64,000 nucleotides of DNA from Desulfobacterales bacterium (GCA_020353555.1 CP070697.1:6724371-6788370), one strand, 5' to 3'; counted from the stretch's first letter, positions 18,249-28,673 are shown. The notes: a model not told the origin generated them from the letters alone. Translations and numbers: made by a program.

Positions 18249-18743
18249 TTAGGCAACCTCCACAAAATCGGTTGCATCCACGCCACAAAAAGGGCATTTC
18301 GCCGGTGGCTGGCCAAACTCGATATTTCCGCACACCGGACAGACATAATAGCAACCACCCTCATCGGCATCAGGATTGCCGATGGCGCTGCTGATAAACC
18401 GGGTGATAACCGGTCCGATGGACATGCCATATTCCAGACTGTGCCGGGCCTCGAGCGCAGCGTCCGCCACCGCGTCCTGAATCATGGAAGGATATCCATT
18501 CTTGCAGTCATAGGTTTCCTCTTCCAACGCCTGTTTGAGATTCTCCGTCGTCGAGTCCACAAAATTGGCGGCCCTGAAATGCGAAAGGGCATGGAACATC
18601 TTGGCTGTGGCAATCGCCCTGAAAATCTTGGCCGCGTTGGAATGACCTTCTTTATCCGCGGCTTCGGCAAATACCCTATACCGGATGCTGGATTCCGATC
18701 CACTCGTAAACATCTTCATCAAATTGTCCACCGTCTTTGGCAT
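18249..18743 (-). CDS. rbr: Rubrerythrin (ferritin-like diiron domain plus C-terminal rubredoxin-like CxxC..CxxC)
   Basis: 164 aa with diiron E..EXXH-type helices and C-terminal CPVCG..CPFCG. AAGGAGGG RBS. Confidence 0.9.
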   Translation of the reverse strand: MPKTVDNLMKMFTSGSESSIRYRVFAEAADKEGHSNAAKIFRAIATAKMFHALSHFRAANFVDSTTENLKQALEEETYDCKNGYPSMIQDAVADAALEARHSLEYGMSIGPVITRFISSAIGNPDADEGGCYYVCPVCGNIEFGQPPAKCPFCGVDATDFVEVA

Positions 18744-18820
18744 TCTCCGCCCTCCTTTGTATCAATTTAGTACGCAAATAAAGTTTTCATGCATTGTGGT
18801 GGCCCGAAGGGCCATGAATG

Positions 18821-18847
18821 TTTAGCTGTATGAAAAATATCCCGGCC
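18821..18847 (-). repeat. Copy 1 of the conserved intergenic motif (distal part). The proximal part GTATCAATTTAG lies at 18759-18770, separated by a ~50-nt hairpin-bearing insert
   Basis: TTTAGCTGTATGAAAAATATCCCGGCC matches the copies at 30075-30106 and 54237-54270. Confidence 0.5.
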
Positions 18848-18943
18848 TAAACTTCCCATAATATAACCGGCCGCTTTAATCAAGTTCGTGATGTCCCCTA
18901 ATCTGCCCTGGTATGGAAGCGATCTGATCCTTCTGATGCGGCG

Positions 18944-20155
18944 TCAGGTTTCAAGGCGCAAGTCCAAAACCACCTTGATGGCACCGCTGCGTTTGTCCTT
19001 GGCCGTCCGAACGGCCGTGCGCCATTGCGCCAGCGGAAAGCGGTGGGTGATCAATCCTTCGATGAAAAGTTTCTTTTTCAGCAGCAAGTCGGCCGTGAGA
19101 TCATAGGTGGATTGCCGCCTCCCGTTCCATTCCTCCGTGCCGTGAGCGTAGACGCCGATCAGGTCGACCTCCTGATACCAGATCGGGGTCAAATCCACGT
19201 GCATGGGTTTCAAGTTGACACCGGCCAGCACCACGGTGCCGCCGGCCCGGGCCCAGCGAAGACTGTCCGACACCGTTCTTTCCGAACCCACGCAATCATA
19301 GACCACGTCGAAGCCCCCCAGGATCATACGGTTTTTGAATTGGCCGGTATAAAGTTTTCCGGCGGTAATGCGGGCGGACGCTCGATAGGGGTCTTCCCGC
19401 ACGATGATTTCATCGGCGCCCAGTTTACGGGCCATCGCCACTTGTTGGGGGTAGCGGGCCATCGCCGCAATGCGACAGTCCGGTGAAAGCACGCGCAGGG
19501 CCGCGATTACCGCAAGGCCGATCATACCGCTGCCGACCACCAGAACGCGCTGCTGCGGGTCGGGCAAGCAGCGCAGAGCCGTGCGCACCCCCACCGCGAG
19601 CGGCTCGATCATCATGGCCGTCTCGTCATCCAGCCCATGCGGCACTTGATAGACCCCGGTCTCATGGGCCGTGAAGCCGTCCCCCCAGCCGCCGCCCATC
19701 CCTTCGAGATTCTGACCCAGAGAAGCGTTTTCGCAAAGCATGCGATGGCCTTCGCGGCAGGGGCGACAAATGGGCTCGATCTCCTGGCTGAGACAGTTGG
19801 CTTCCGGGGAGTCCAGAATCACGCGGTCGCCCTTCTTCAGCGTGGTCACACCCGCCCCCACCTCAGTCACTTCGCTGAGCACCTCGTGACCCAGGTATAT
19901 GCGTTCGGTGCCCGGCAGAGCGGCGGGACTTACCCGGGGATCGGCATCGACGAAGAGCAAGTGCAAGTGACTGGCGCAGATGCCGCACAACCGATTGCGC
20001 ATTCTCACCCAGCGGGGCCCGGGCAAGGGTTTCTCAGGCACATCCACGAAGCGCGTCGGAGATAACCGCGAATAAACCACCGCCGGCCAAATCGGCTGCA
20101 GCGCTTTGGTCAGCAACATTTTGGGAATCCTCTTCTCGAAATAGATCGTACGCAT
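18944..20155 (-). CDS. Zinc-dependent alcohol dehydrogenase (MDR superfamily)
   Basis: Catalytic Zn motif CGICASHLH..GHEVLSEV, a structural-Zn Cys cluster (CRPCREGHRMLC) and a Rossmann VVGSGMIGL segment. Confidence 0.8.
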   Translation of the reverse strand: MRTIYFEKRIPKMLLTKALQPIWPAVVYSRLSPTRFVDVPEKPLPGPRWVRMRNRLCGICASHLHLLFVDADPRVSPAALPGTERIYLGHEVLSEVTEVGAGVTTLKKGDRVILDSPEANCLSQEIEPICRPCREGHRMLCENASLGQNLEGMGGGWGDGFTAHETGVYQVPHGLDDETAMMIEPLAVGVRTALRCLPDPQQRVLVVGSGMIGLAVIAALRVLSPDCRIAAMARYPQQVAMARKLGADEIIVREDPYRASARITAGKLYTGQFKNRMILGGFDVVYDCVGSERTVSDSLRWARAGGTVVLAGVNLKPMHVDLTPIWYQEVDLIGVYAHGTEEWNGRRQSTYDLTADLLLKKKLFIEGLITHRFPLAQWRTAVRTAKDKRSGAIKVVLDLRLET

Positions 20156-20464
20156 CCGTCATTCTCCTTTTTCTCCAAAACCCATCCGTTCAATCGGTAC
20201 GCAAGCGCATTGCCGGTCTCCGAGCGAAATAAAGTCCGCGGGGCTTCACAAATGCCGACCCCCTATCGCTGCCTCAACCGTGCGTATCTTGCCCGATTTC
20301 CCCTCCAAATACACTGTGGCGACATGGCGGACAACAGCCAATCCGGGATTTGCATTCATAAATCGCGTGTGCTAATCTCTCGCACAAGAAAATTTAAAAC
20401 GGCCGATAGCGCCAGTGCTGACGATTTTTTTTAACCCCGGCATTCAAACCCTTTCGAGATCGGC

Positions 20465-21892
20465 ATGCAACCCTGGATAAAAAAAACGTTACTCGCCCTG
20501 GGGGTGGTCTTGCTGGGCGGTTTGATCGCCGCCGGATGGTACCTGAGCAACACACTGCCCATTGGAACCGGACACGTCGCCAAAACCATCTGTTCCAATG
20601 CGTTTATCGCCCAACGCCCTCCTGCAGCCGTTTTCGAGGAAGACATCGCCCCGGTACACTTTCTTTTTGCCATTACCGGATATGATTTGGATGAACGGCA
20701 AAAATCAGTCACCGCGACATCATTCGGTTTCGCCCGGACGAAGGCCATTTTTCGCGAGGGCTGTGGCTGTACGGTGGTCAAGGGGACGACGGAGGCCGAA
20801 CTTCGTCGGCAAACGTTCATGCAAGTTCCCCAGCAACAAGCCGATGCCGCAAGCAAAACAGACGCGCCCTGGCCGGCGGGTGATCAGCGGCCACCGGACC
20901 CCTTGCCCGCCGGTGTGGATGTGAAAAGACTGAACGCCGCGCTGGAGGCGGCCTTTGCGGAACCGGCGGCCGATCATCCCCGCAAGACGCGGGCGGTGGT
21001 TGTCGTGTATGCCGGGAAGCTGATTGCCGAGCGCTATGCGCCGGGGGTCAGTCCCACGATGCCGTTGCTGGGCTGGTCGATGAGCAAGAGTGTCACCAAC
21101 GCGCTGGTCGGGGTGTTGGTCCGCCAAGGAAAGTTGCACATCAGCCGTCCGGCTCCGGTGCCGGCGTGGCAGAAAGAAGGTGATCCCCGCCGCACTATCA
21201 CGATCGATCAGCTCCTGCGGATGAGCAGCGGCCTGGAGTTTGATGAAACCTATGCACCGTTTGCGGATGCCGTCTCCATGTTTTACGCCAGTTACGATTT
21301 TGCCGCCTACGCCTCACAAAAACCGCTCGAGGCAAAACCGGACACGACCTGGCATTATTCCAGCGGCACCGCCAACATCATCGCCCGGATTGTCCGCCGG
21401 GCGGCCGAAGAAGAATATCGCAGCTATTACACCTTCATTCATCGGGAGCTATTCGATAGGATCGGCATGCACAGTGCGGTGTTCGAACCGGACCCCTCCG
21501 GCACGTTTGTCGGTTCATCCTATGTGTTTGCCACGGCCCGGGACTGGGCGCGGTTTGGCCTCCTGTACCTCCAGGATGGGGTTTGGGAAGGCGAACGCCT
21601 GCTTCCCGAAGGCTGGGTCACGTACTCCACGACCCCGACACCGCCAGCCCCCCGGGGAGAATACGGCGCCCTGTTCTGGCTGAATGCCGGATCGGCTTCG
21701 AATCCGGCGAATCGCCGCTGGCCGTCGATCCCCCGTGATGCTTATTCGGCCGAGGGATTCCAGGAACAGCGGGTCATCATTATCCCCTCCCGCAAATTGG
21801 TGCTGGTCAGGCTCGGCCATTGCGCGCGTCGCGACGCCTGGGATGATGAAAAGTTTATTGCGGATGTGCTGGCGGCCTTGCCCGCCAACTGA
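20465..21892 (+). CDS. Serine hydrolase / beta-lactamase-family (class C-like) protein with N-terminal anchor
   Basis: SxxK motif SMSKSV and a YSSG (YxN-like) region. 475 aa with an N-terminal TM segment. Confidence 0.8.
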   Translation: MQPWIKKTLLALGVVLLGGLIAAGWYLSNTLPIGTGHVAKTICSNAFIAQRPPAAVFEEDIAPVHFLFAITGYDLDERQKSVTATSFGFARTKAIFREGCGCTVVKGTTEAELRRQTFMQVPQQQADAASKTDAPWPAGDQRPPDPLPAGVDVKRLNAALEAAFAEPAADHPRKTRAVVVVYAGKLIAERYAPGVSPTMPLLGWSMSKSVTNALVGVLVRQGKLHISRPAPVPAWQKEGDPRRTITIDQLLRMSSGLEFDETYAPFADAVSMFYASYDFAAYASQKPLEAKPDTTWHYSSGTANIIARIVRRAAEEEYRSYYTFIHRELFDRIGMHSAVFEPDPSGTFVGSSYVFATARDWARFGLLYLQDGVWEGERLLPEGWVTYSTTPTPPAPRGEYGALFWLNAGSASNPANRRWPSIPRDAYSAEGFQEQRVIIIPSRKLVLVRLGHCARRDAWDDEKFIADVLAALPAN

Positions 21893-21924
21893 CGTCAACC
21901 GCCGGCAATCGAGCAAACCAACTT

Positions 21925-22704
21925 TCATTCAACCGCCAAGCCGGCCTTTATCCCGGACACTAACGCCCGGCAGTTTTGACGGATGAATTCCGCAGGGTTT
22001 GCGAAAAACAGCAGAGCACCTCTCTGCCGCGCCTCGGACATATGCGCGGGGTCAAGACTTGCCCCCACACCCAAGGCCATCCCGGCCGCGTGGCATACCT
22101 TCATCACTCGATCCACTGCCGATTGGACCTCTTTGTGTCCGGGATTCCCGGGATAGCCCATGGATCCTGATAAATCAGCGGGTCCGATCACAACTGCATC
22201 GATATCCTGGACCTTGACGATTGCTTCGATATTTTCGACCCCGGCCGCGGTTTCGATTTGAATGATCGTCAGGATATTCGCATTGGCCGCGCTTATATAT
22301 TCAGCGGGGTTGACATCGCCCCACTCGGAAGCAACTACTTTCCAATTGATTCCCCGGTTGCCATGGGGACGATATTTCGTGCTCAGGGCGGCCTGCTGCG
22401 CCTGTTCCTTTGTTTCGATTTGGGGAATCATGACCCCCAGGCAACCCGCATCGAGGGCCCCCAAAACCAATTTTGCATTGTTTTCCCGCACCCGGGCCAG
22501 AGGGACGAGTTTCTTTAATTTCGCGGCCCGCACTAAGTCTTCCAATGTTTCTTCCGACATCGTGCTGTGTTCCATATCGAAAATAATAAACTCGAATCCG
22601 GCTAATCCAAAAATCTCCGTTAATTGGGTGGAAGCCAGATTGCTGATCACTCCAACGGACGGTTCGCCTTTTCTAATCTTTTCTTTAACTGAATTGTCCA
22701 ACAT
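21925..22704 (-). CDS. HpcH/HpaI-family aldolase (class II 2-keto-3-deoxy-acid / citrate-lyase-beta-like fold)
   Basis: 259 aa. The sequence G..SVGV..TEIFGLAGFEFIIFDMEH..ARVREN is typical of HpcH/HpaI aldolases. Confidence 0.8.
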   Translation of the reverse strand: MLDNSVKEKIRKGEPSVGVISNLASTQLTEIFGLAGFEFIIFDMEHSTMSEETLEDLVRAAKLKKLVPLARVRENNAKLVLGALDAGCLGVMIPQIETKEQAQQAALSTKYRPHGNRGINWKVVASEWGDVNPAEYISAANANILTIIQIETAAGVENIEAIVKVQDIDAVVIGPADLSGSMGYPGNPGHKEVQSAVDRVMKVCHAAGMALGVGASLDPAHMSEARQRGALLFFANPAEFIRQNCRALVSGIKAGLAVE

Positions 22705-22851
22705 CGTTTTGCCTCAGCCGTTTCTCGATAAAACCGCTTCACGTTGCCAAAGAAGAGGGGTTCCGGCTACGCAAACCAATCCAAGCCGGCGAAAGACCCC
22801 CAGCCATCCAATGCCACCCCGTTTCACACTGACCGAGCTCCTTTCTCCGAA

Positions 22852-23550
22852 TCATTTGAAAAGTTGACCGCCGTCGGCCACTTTTTCCGGCACCCCGGCC
22901 AGTTGCAGAAGTTTCCACATTGTGGCGGTATTGCTCGAAATTACGGGCTTGCCCAAATCTTGCTCAAGTTGGGCGATAACTTCAAGAGAGCGGAAATTGG
23001 TGCAGCTGATGAGGATTCCATCGGCCTCGCGGCGATTGGCGTCCTTGGCCACCATGTAGGCACTCGCCGGGGGCAAGAAGGCCGGGCAGTCGACGTTCAG
23101 CCCTTTCTGCGATACAACTGCATATCCGGCATGAACAAGAAACTCGGCCAAGCGTTCGTTGATCCAATCCGGATACGGCGTTGCGATCGCCACTGATTTC
23201 AGATTCAAATAGTCCAAGGCTTCAATGATCGCGGTCGACGTGGTCGTCGTCGCGATTCTTGTGGCATCTTCAATTTTGTCGATGATTTCCTGATCAATAC
23301 CTTCTCTCAAAAAACTCGCCCCCGTGCAGCCGAAACATATGGCGTTGACCTTGGCGTGTGCCAGTAAAAGTGCGGCCTCAGGACCCATTTCGGCCGTGTG
23401 CAGTAAGGATTCCTCGGAATCATCGGTGTGTGCGATCCGCGAAGAATGAATTGAAACGCCCGCAGGCGCCATGCGGCAGCATTCGTATTCCATGGTGGTG
23501 TTCCATGAAGGAATTATCAAACCTAATTTATAATTCCAGTCCGTGCCCAT
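22852..23550 (-). CDS. Maleate cis-trans isomerase-like protein (Asp/Glu racemase superfamily)
   Basis: LGLIIPSWNTTMEYE plus two catalytic-Cys contexts, FGCTGASF and ISCTNFRS, as in MaiA/NicE-type isomerases. Confidence 0.7.
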   Translation of the reverse strand: MGTDWNYKLGLIIPSWNTTMEYECCRMAPAGVSIHSSRIAHTDDSEESLLHTAEMGPEAALLLAHAKVNAICFGCTGASFLREGIDQEIIDKIEDATRIATTTTSTAIIEALDYLNLKSVAIATPYPDWINERLAEFLVHAGYAVVSQKGLNVDCPAFLPPASAYMVAKDANRREADGILISCTNFRSLEVIAQLEQDLGKPVISSNTATMWKLLQLAGVPEKVADGGQLFK

Positions 23551-23590
23551 AAGTTTACCTCCCTGAGAACTCGTTCGAATTTTGAAGTCT

Positions 23591-24097
23591 TCATCTTTTG
23601 GCTTGAAATTGCAGATCGCCGAATTTCCTTATATAGGGTATCAACCCGCCTTCTTCCAGAATTTGCAACATGACAGGGGGCAATTGGGCAAAATTGAGCT
23701 TTGCCCCGCTGGAAAGGTTGTCCAAAGTTCCTGAGGCGAGATCGATTTCAAGCTCATTTCCATCGTCAATGCCCTGCGTGGCGGCGATTATTACCGGAAG
23801 ACCGATGTTGATGGCATTGCGAAAAAAAATCCGACCGACGGATTCGGCGATAACGGCGCCGATACCGCTCATTTTAATAATGAGCGGAGCATGCTCTCTG
23901 CTCGAGCCAAGCCCGAAATTTTTCCCGGCAACAATGAAGTCCCCCGCTTTGACCTTGGCTACAAAATCAGGATCGGCGTCTTCCAACGCGTGTTTGGCGA
24001 GTTCCGGCAGATTGTTTCTCAAATGCATGTACCGGCCGGGGGCAATGAGATCCGTGGAAATGTCATTTCCCAATTTGATTGCTCTACCTTTCAGCAT
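23591..24097 (-). CDS. Aconitase-superfamily dehydratase small subunit (LeuD-like)
   Basis: 168 aa with DISTD.I.P and GKNFG.GSSREHAP motifs. Confidence 0.8.
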   Translation of the reverse strand: MLKGRAIKLGNDISTDLIAPGRYMHLRNNLPELAKHALEDADPDFVAKVKAGDFIVAGKNFGLGSSREHAPLIIKMSGIGAVIAESVGRIFFRNAINIGLPVIIAATQGIDDGNELEIDLASGTLDNLSSGAKLNFAQLPPVMLQILEEGGLIPYIRKFGDLQFQAKR

Positions 24098-24130
24098 GGC
24101 CGCACCTCTTTGCGGATCGTTAGTTTAGTC

Positions 24131-25390
24131 TCATCCCGCCGCGAATCGCGGCGGGCTGGTAATCGTCCCCCGAATGGCGGAAGCCGCTGCGGTTGCCGGG
24201 CTGGCAAGATACACCCGCGAATCCGGGTTTCCCATACGCCCTTTGAAATTGCGGTTGCTCGTGGACAGACAGACCTCATCTTCCGCCAGCACGCCCTGGT
24301 GAACCCCGGCGCAAACCGCACAGCCGGGATTCACGATCGCGGCGCCGGCATTCATAAAGGTCTTGAGATACCCTTGGGCCATGGCTTCCAGGTAGACGCT
24401 GCGCGAGGCCGGGGCCACAATCAGCCGCGTCCGAGGGTTTATGCTTTTCCCCGCCAGGATCCCGGCGGCTTCGGCCAGATCTTCAAGACGCCCATTGGTG
24501 CATGAGCCAATAAAAACCTGGTCGATGCGGGTTCCCTCAACTTCGCTCACCGGCACCACCTGATCGACGGCGTGGGGTCGGGCAACCACCGGCACCAGCT
24601 TTTCCGCGTCGATTTCGACAACCCGCTCATACACCGCATCCGGATCAGGGCCAAGCGGCTGAAAACACTTTCCTCTTCCAAGGCGCTCGAGGTAGCTGCG
24701 GGTGACCTCATCGGAGGGGAAAAGACCCGTTTTGGCGCCGGCCTCTACCGCCATATTGGCAACCGTCAGACGCTGGGACATCGTCATGGTCTTGAGGCTT
24801 TCGCCGCCGAATTCCAGCGCCTTATAGGTGGCACCCTCAGCCGTCAGCAGCCCAATCACGTGCAGGATCAAATCTTTAGCGCCCACCCCGGCCGGGAATC
24901 GGCCGGAAATTCTAATCAAAAAGCTTTCCGGTACCCTCAGCCAGTTTTTGCCCAACCCCATGGCAATGGCGATATCGGTCGACCCCATGCCGGTCGCAAA
25001 CGCCCCCAGTCCGCCCATGGTACAGGTGTGGGAGTCACCCCCCACGATTACGTCTCCGGGCTTGGCCCATTGCTCGACCACGAGCTGATGGCAAATTCCG
25101 TCTCCGACCTGGTAAAGGGGACAGCCGTTCTCGGAGGCAAAGGCTCTGACGAGCTTCTGGTCGTTTGCCAGCTCCCGGCGCGGGGCAGGTACACAGTGAT
25201 CGAGAAAGAACGGGGTCGACTCGGGGTGGGCCAGTCGATCCAGGCCGCTTTGGCGGAACTGCTGAATGGTGAGGGGACCGCCGACATCGTGCGCAAATAC
25301 CAGGTCCATCGGAGCGATGACCACATCACCGGCCTGGGCATCGACTCCCGATTTGGCGCTCAGAATCTTTTCTGCCAGTGTTTTGCCCAT
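24131..25390 (-). CDS. Aconitase-superfamily dehydratase large subunit (LeuC/homoaconitase/maleate-hydratase type)
   Basis: 419 aa with GGDSHT, GSCTNGR and Fe-S cluster Cys contexts. Confidence 0.85.
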   Translation of the reverse strand: MGKTLAEKILSAKSGVDAQAGDVVIAPMDLVFAHDVGGPLTIQQFRQSGLDRLAHPESTPFFLDHCVPAPRRELANDQKLVRAFASENGCPLYQVGDGICHQLVVEQWAKPGDVIVGGDSHTCTMGGLGAFATGMGSTDIAIAMGLGKNWLRVPESFLIRISGRFPAGVGAKDLILHVIGLLTAEGATYKALEFGGESLKTMTMSQRLTVANMAVEAGAKTGLFPSDEVTRSYLERLGRGKCFQPLGPDPDAVYERVVEIDAEKLVPVVARPHAVDQVVPVSEVEGTRIDQVFIGSCTNGRLEDLAEAAGILAGKSINPRTRLIVAPASRSVYLEAMAQGYLKTFMNAGAAIVNPGCAVCAGVHQGVLAEDEVCLSTSNRNFKGRMGNPDSRVYLASPATAAASAIRGTITSPPRFAAG

Positions 25391-25479
25391 CTAATTCCTC
25401 CTTCTCCACTGCACCCATCTTCCCGGTCTTGTCTCCCGAATCCCGCCCAAGGAAAAGGGCCTTGAAGTTGAAATTCTAA

Positions 25480-25767
25480 TTCTACTTTGTCATATTTTAA
25501 CTATGTTCCCCATTAGGCGCTACATGGATGATCAGATTTGAAACCGCGTAAAACTCGTGCCTGAGGGCTCGTAAAGAAAGCCCCGAGGACGCGCGCAATA
25601 AGAAATATCCTCGCATCAGCATTTTTTGCAGGTTTTTGAAGGAAGCGGTGCCACAGCGCGGTTCTTTCTTAACGATCCCTAAGGCGCTCAGACAGTTACA
25701 CGATTTCAAATCTGACCATCCATTCCCCTCGTCTCCGCAAGGCTTTCGGTAATGTGACCAAGTAGAA
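25480..25767. mobile_element. MITE-like palindromic element, full copy (288 bp)
   Basis: Terminal inverted repeats are TTCTACTTTGTCATATT (25480-25496) and AATGTGACCAAGTAGAA (25751-25767). The internal arms are mutually complementary (e.g. TCAGATTTGAAA / TTTCAAATCTGA). It is flanked on both sides by CTAA. It has no coding capacity and sits between two genes of one operon. Confidence 0.5.
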
Positions 25768-27150
25768 CTAAGCAGTCAATTGGATCACTTCGCCGACATC
25801 GGCAATCTCTTCCAGGCGGTTCAGCAGGCGCAACAGCCTCTCGATCTTCTGTTCGGCAATGGGTATGGCGGACTGCATCACGCACTCCCGGAACTTGTTG
25901 GCGAAATCCCGTTCATTCATGGGATTCTGCAGGTGCCCCCTGGCCAGTTCCACTCGCGTTGCAAGCTCCCGACCGTCGCTCATCTTCACCTTCACCTTGA
26001 CCGGGCCCACCACCGACCGGCTTCCCCTGAACTCGGGGTCCAGCACCACTTTAACCTTGGCCGCCAACGCGGCCAACGCGGGCGTCCTGATCGCCTCTTC
26101 CTTGAAATCAGCGAGGGTCACCTTCCTTTTGCTCAGCGCCACGGCAACGACATAAGGAATGCTGAATTTGGCGTCGACTTCCGGGTCGGTTCGGATGGCA
26201 AAGGGCTTGCCGGCGGTATCAAGCACCCGTTCATTCGTGCCGACGATGACTTCCATCACCTTCTCCGGATTCAGGTCGTGCTTGGCGGCGAGCTCCAGGG
26301 CGCCGTCGATGGGAGCGTGGGCACAGCGCACACAGGGGTAGGGTTTGGCGGATAGATTGACGCCTTCAAACCGCGTTCCCAGTCCATCCCTCAATAATGC
26401 GGCCCACTGATCCGGTTCATATTTGCGACGATAATCACGGTAGAGACGGAACAGTCCCCACTGCCCCTGAATCACGTTCCTGGCGCCGGTGACCCCCCGC
26501 TGCGCAAGCAGTGCCGCCACCACGCCGGCGCGGGTGGCAAAGGCCGGCTGCAAGCGTTTGGTCATGGCGCCATCTTCCCGCCCCTGGCGATTTCCGGCGG
26601 CTTGACTGTACGCAATTCCCAGAGCGTTTACCATCTGGATGCGGTCTAAACCCAGGGTCTTTCCGGCCGCCGCCGCCGCCCCGAAAATCCCGACCGTCGA
26701 TGTGTTATGCCAGCCGTGAAACAGGTTGGAAGCCAGAGCCAACCGGCAGGTCAAGTCGACGCCGAGCGCCACGGCGGTGATGACGGCCTTGCCGTCGCAG
26801 TGCAGCTTTTCGGCCAGTGCCAAAGCGGCAGGGAGGGCACAAACGTTCGTGTGCGTGGCGGTCCGATCATCGGTGTCGTCATAGTCCGCGCTGTGAATGA
26901 GTAGGCTATTGGCGAAGGCGGCCTCGGGCGCCGGCAGCCGAATGCCGTGCACGAATACCGTGCTTTCCGGTTGGCCTCCCCACTCGTGGAGCAATTCTAT
27001 GATCGCGTTGTTTCCCGCCGAACCGGAGCCGGCGATCCCCACCCCAATCGTGTCGACGATGAACTCTCTGGCAATCTTGACGGCTTGTCGCGGAAGGTTT
27101 TCGTAGCGGGTCGTAACGATGCTTTCGGCTAGATCAGAGATGACATCCAC
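25768..27150 (-). CDS. MmgE/PrpD-family protein, paralogue 1
   Basis: 460 aa. The N-terminal pattern (L..A...I.DT.GV..AGS) and domain length are typical of 2-methylcitrate-dehydratase-family proteins. Confidence 0.85.
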   Translation of the reverse strand: MDVISDLAESIVTTRYENLPRQAVKIAREFIVDTIGVGIAGSGSAGNNAIIELLHEWGGQPESTVFVHGIRLPAPEAAFANSLLIHSADYDDTDDRTATHTNVCALPAALALAEKLHCDGKAVITAVALGVDLTCRLALASNLFHGWHNTSTVGIFGAAAAAGKTLGLDRIQMVNALGIAYSQAAGNRQGREDGAMTKRLQPAFATRAGVVAALLAQRGVTGARNVIQGQWGLFRLYRDYRRKYEPDQWAALLRDGLGTRFEGVNLSAKPYPCVRCAHAPIDGALELAAKHDLNPEKVMEVIVGTNERVLDTAGKPFAIRTDPEVDAKFSIPYVVAVALSKRKVTLADFKEEAIRTPALAALAAKVKVVLDPEFRGSRSVVGPVKVKVKMSDGRELATRVELARGHLQNPMNERDFANKFRECVMQSAIPIAEQKIERLLRLLNRLEEIADVGEVIQLTA

Positions 27151-27177
27151 TGCGTGTAACCGCCTTCGGTCTATTTT

Positions 27178-28548
27178 CTAAGTTGCAAGCATTTTGGCCA
27201 ACGCTTTGATATCCGCAACCGCTTCAAGGTTAAATACCGTGTCGCTGAGTTCTGCCGCCCCCTTGGGCGATAGGACTTTCCCCGCCAATAATCTGTATTT
27301 GTGAAGTACTTGCTCCGGAGCCAGCGGCCTTTTTTCACTCCCTTTAGCGGTATCCACGCGCTCACGATAGGTTTTTCCGTCTTTCGTCCTTATCTCCGCG
27401 ATGGCGGTGTGACGGAATTCCGGTCCCAGTTTATCCAGTTCGGGGTCCGGTACGACGTCCACTTTACGGCTATACGCGATGATCTCACGATCGTTGATTT
27501 TCTCTTCTGTGAACTGGTCGATGAAGATTTCGCCCTCGAGCGCCGTCACGGCGACGACGTATTGCATGTTCATCTGCGCTGCCGTGACGCCTTTGGGTTG
27601 GTACTCCCAGCTGGTATGATGAAAAGTGGCGGTTGTGGCCTTGATGGTGATTCTATCGATGGCCTGCGCCGCGAGGCCATTTTGGGTCATGAGGGACTTG
27701 ACGGCTTCGTGCGCGGTGTGGGTACTTCCTCCGGCGGCATAGGGCTTGAATCCCACTTTAGCCGTCTCATAAGTTCGGCCGAGTCCGGCAGTGAGAACAT
27801 TCAGGTCACCGGCGTCGGTCATCACCTTGCAGTACCCGCCATAATCGGCTTCCAGGATATCGGTGATGCCGGTGAAGCCCTTCTGCGCCAGGAGAGCGCC
27901 GTAGATGCCGCTTTGCGCCGCTCGACCGGCATGCAACCTTTTTACCATGCCCGCGCACTGCGCCGCCATAAGGCCCGCCCCTTGGGTACCGGAAATGCCC
28001 AGGTCGTGCGTCATTTTTTGGGAATCCAATCGGATGATCCTCCCTGCGGCGGCTCCGGCACCAAAAGCCCCGTTGGTTCCCGTCGGGTGGAAACCGCGTT
28101 GCAGATGTGAGGTGCCCACACTCATCCCCACGCGGATGGCCACTTCATAGCCGGCCACCACGGCCGTCAGAAATTCTTGGCCGTCACAGCCCCCCATGTG
28201 CTCCGCCATGGCCAATGCGGGGGGAATTGCGATCGCACCGGGATGCACGATCGAAACCTTATGCAAATCGTCAAGTTCGAACGAATGGACGGCCGTTCCA
28301 TTGGCCAGCGCGGCATTCGCAGCCGACACTTTAAAATCCCGACCCCAGATCGTGGCTTCCTGCTTTCCTCCGAGATCTTGGGCGAACTCGGCGACAATCT
28401 TCGCCCACGGCAGTGTGGAGCCAAAAAGCGCGCAGCCCAAGGTGTCGAGAATGCAAAGCTTCACGCGTTCAATGACCGCCGATGGGATTTTTGCATAGGT
28501 CAAGTCGGATACGAACTGGGCCAATGCTTGCGTTGATACCTGCTTCAT
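27178..28548 (-). CDS. MmgE/PrpD-family protein, paralogue 2
   Basis: 456 aa with the same family architecture (ILDTLGCALFGS..HSFELDD..HP). Confidence 0.85.
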   Translation of the reverse strand: MKQVSTQALAQFVSDLTYAKIPSAVIERVKLCILDTLGCALFGSTLPWAKIVAEFAQDLGGKQEATIWGRDFKVSAANAALANGTAVHSFELDDLHKVSIVHPGAIAIPPALAMAEHMGGCDGQEFLTAVVAGYEVAIRVGMSVGTSHLQRGFHPTGTNGAFGAGAAAGRIIRLDSQKMTHDLGISGTQGAGLMAAQCAGMVKRLHAGRAAQSGIYGALLAQKGFTGITDILEADYGGYCKVMTDAGDLNVLTAGLGRTYETAKVGFKPYAAGGSTHTAHEAVKSLMTQNGLAAQAIDRITIKATTATFHHTSWEYQPKGVTAAQMNMQYVVAVTALEGEIFIDQFTEEKINDREIIAYSRKVDVVPDPELDKLGPEFRHTAIAEIRTKDGKTYRERVDTAKGSEKRPLAPEQVLHKYRLLAGKVLSPKGAAELSDTVFNLEAVADIKALAKMLAT

Positions 28549-28673
28549 CGCCGCGTGCCGCCGATCGGTCCCTTGTCCCGAGGGCCGTTATGGTTTCAGC
28601 GCCGGCGTTTGGGCCGGGCCGGCCGGCAGAGAGTGCCGACGGTGGTCTAGAATTATGGCCGGATCAACCATTT

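Noticed and set aside
18801-18813. TGGCCC-GAA-GGGCCA hairpin as the intrinsic terminator of the Zn-ADH gene
   Set aside because: No T-tract follows it on the minus strand. It lies inside the insert that splits the conserved motif upstream of rubrerythrin, so it is more likely part of that inserted segment.
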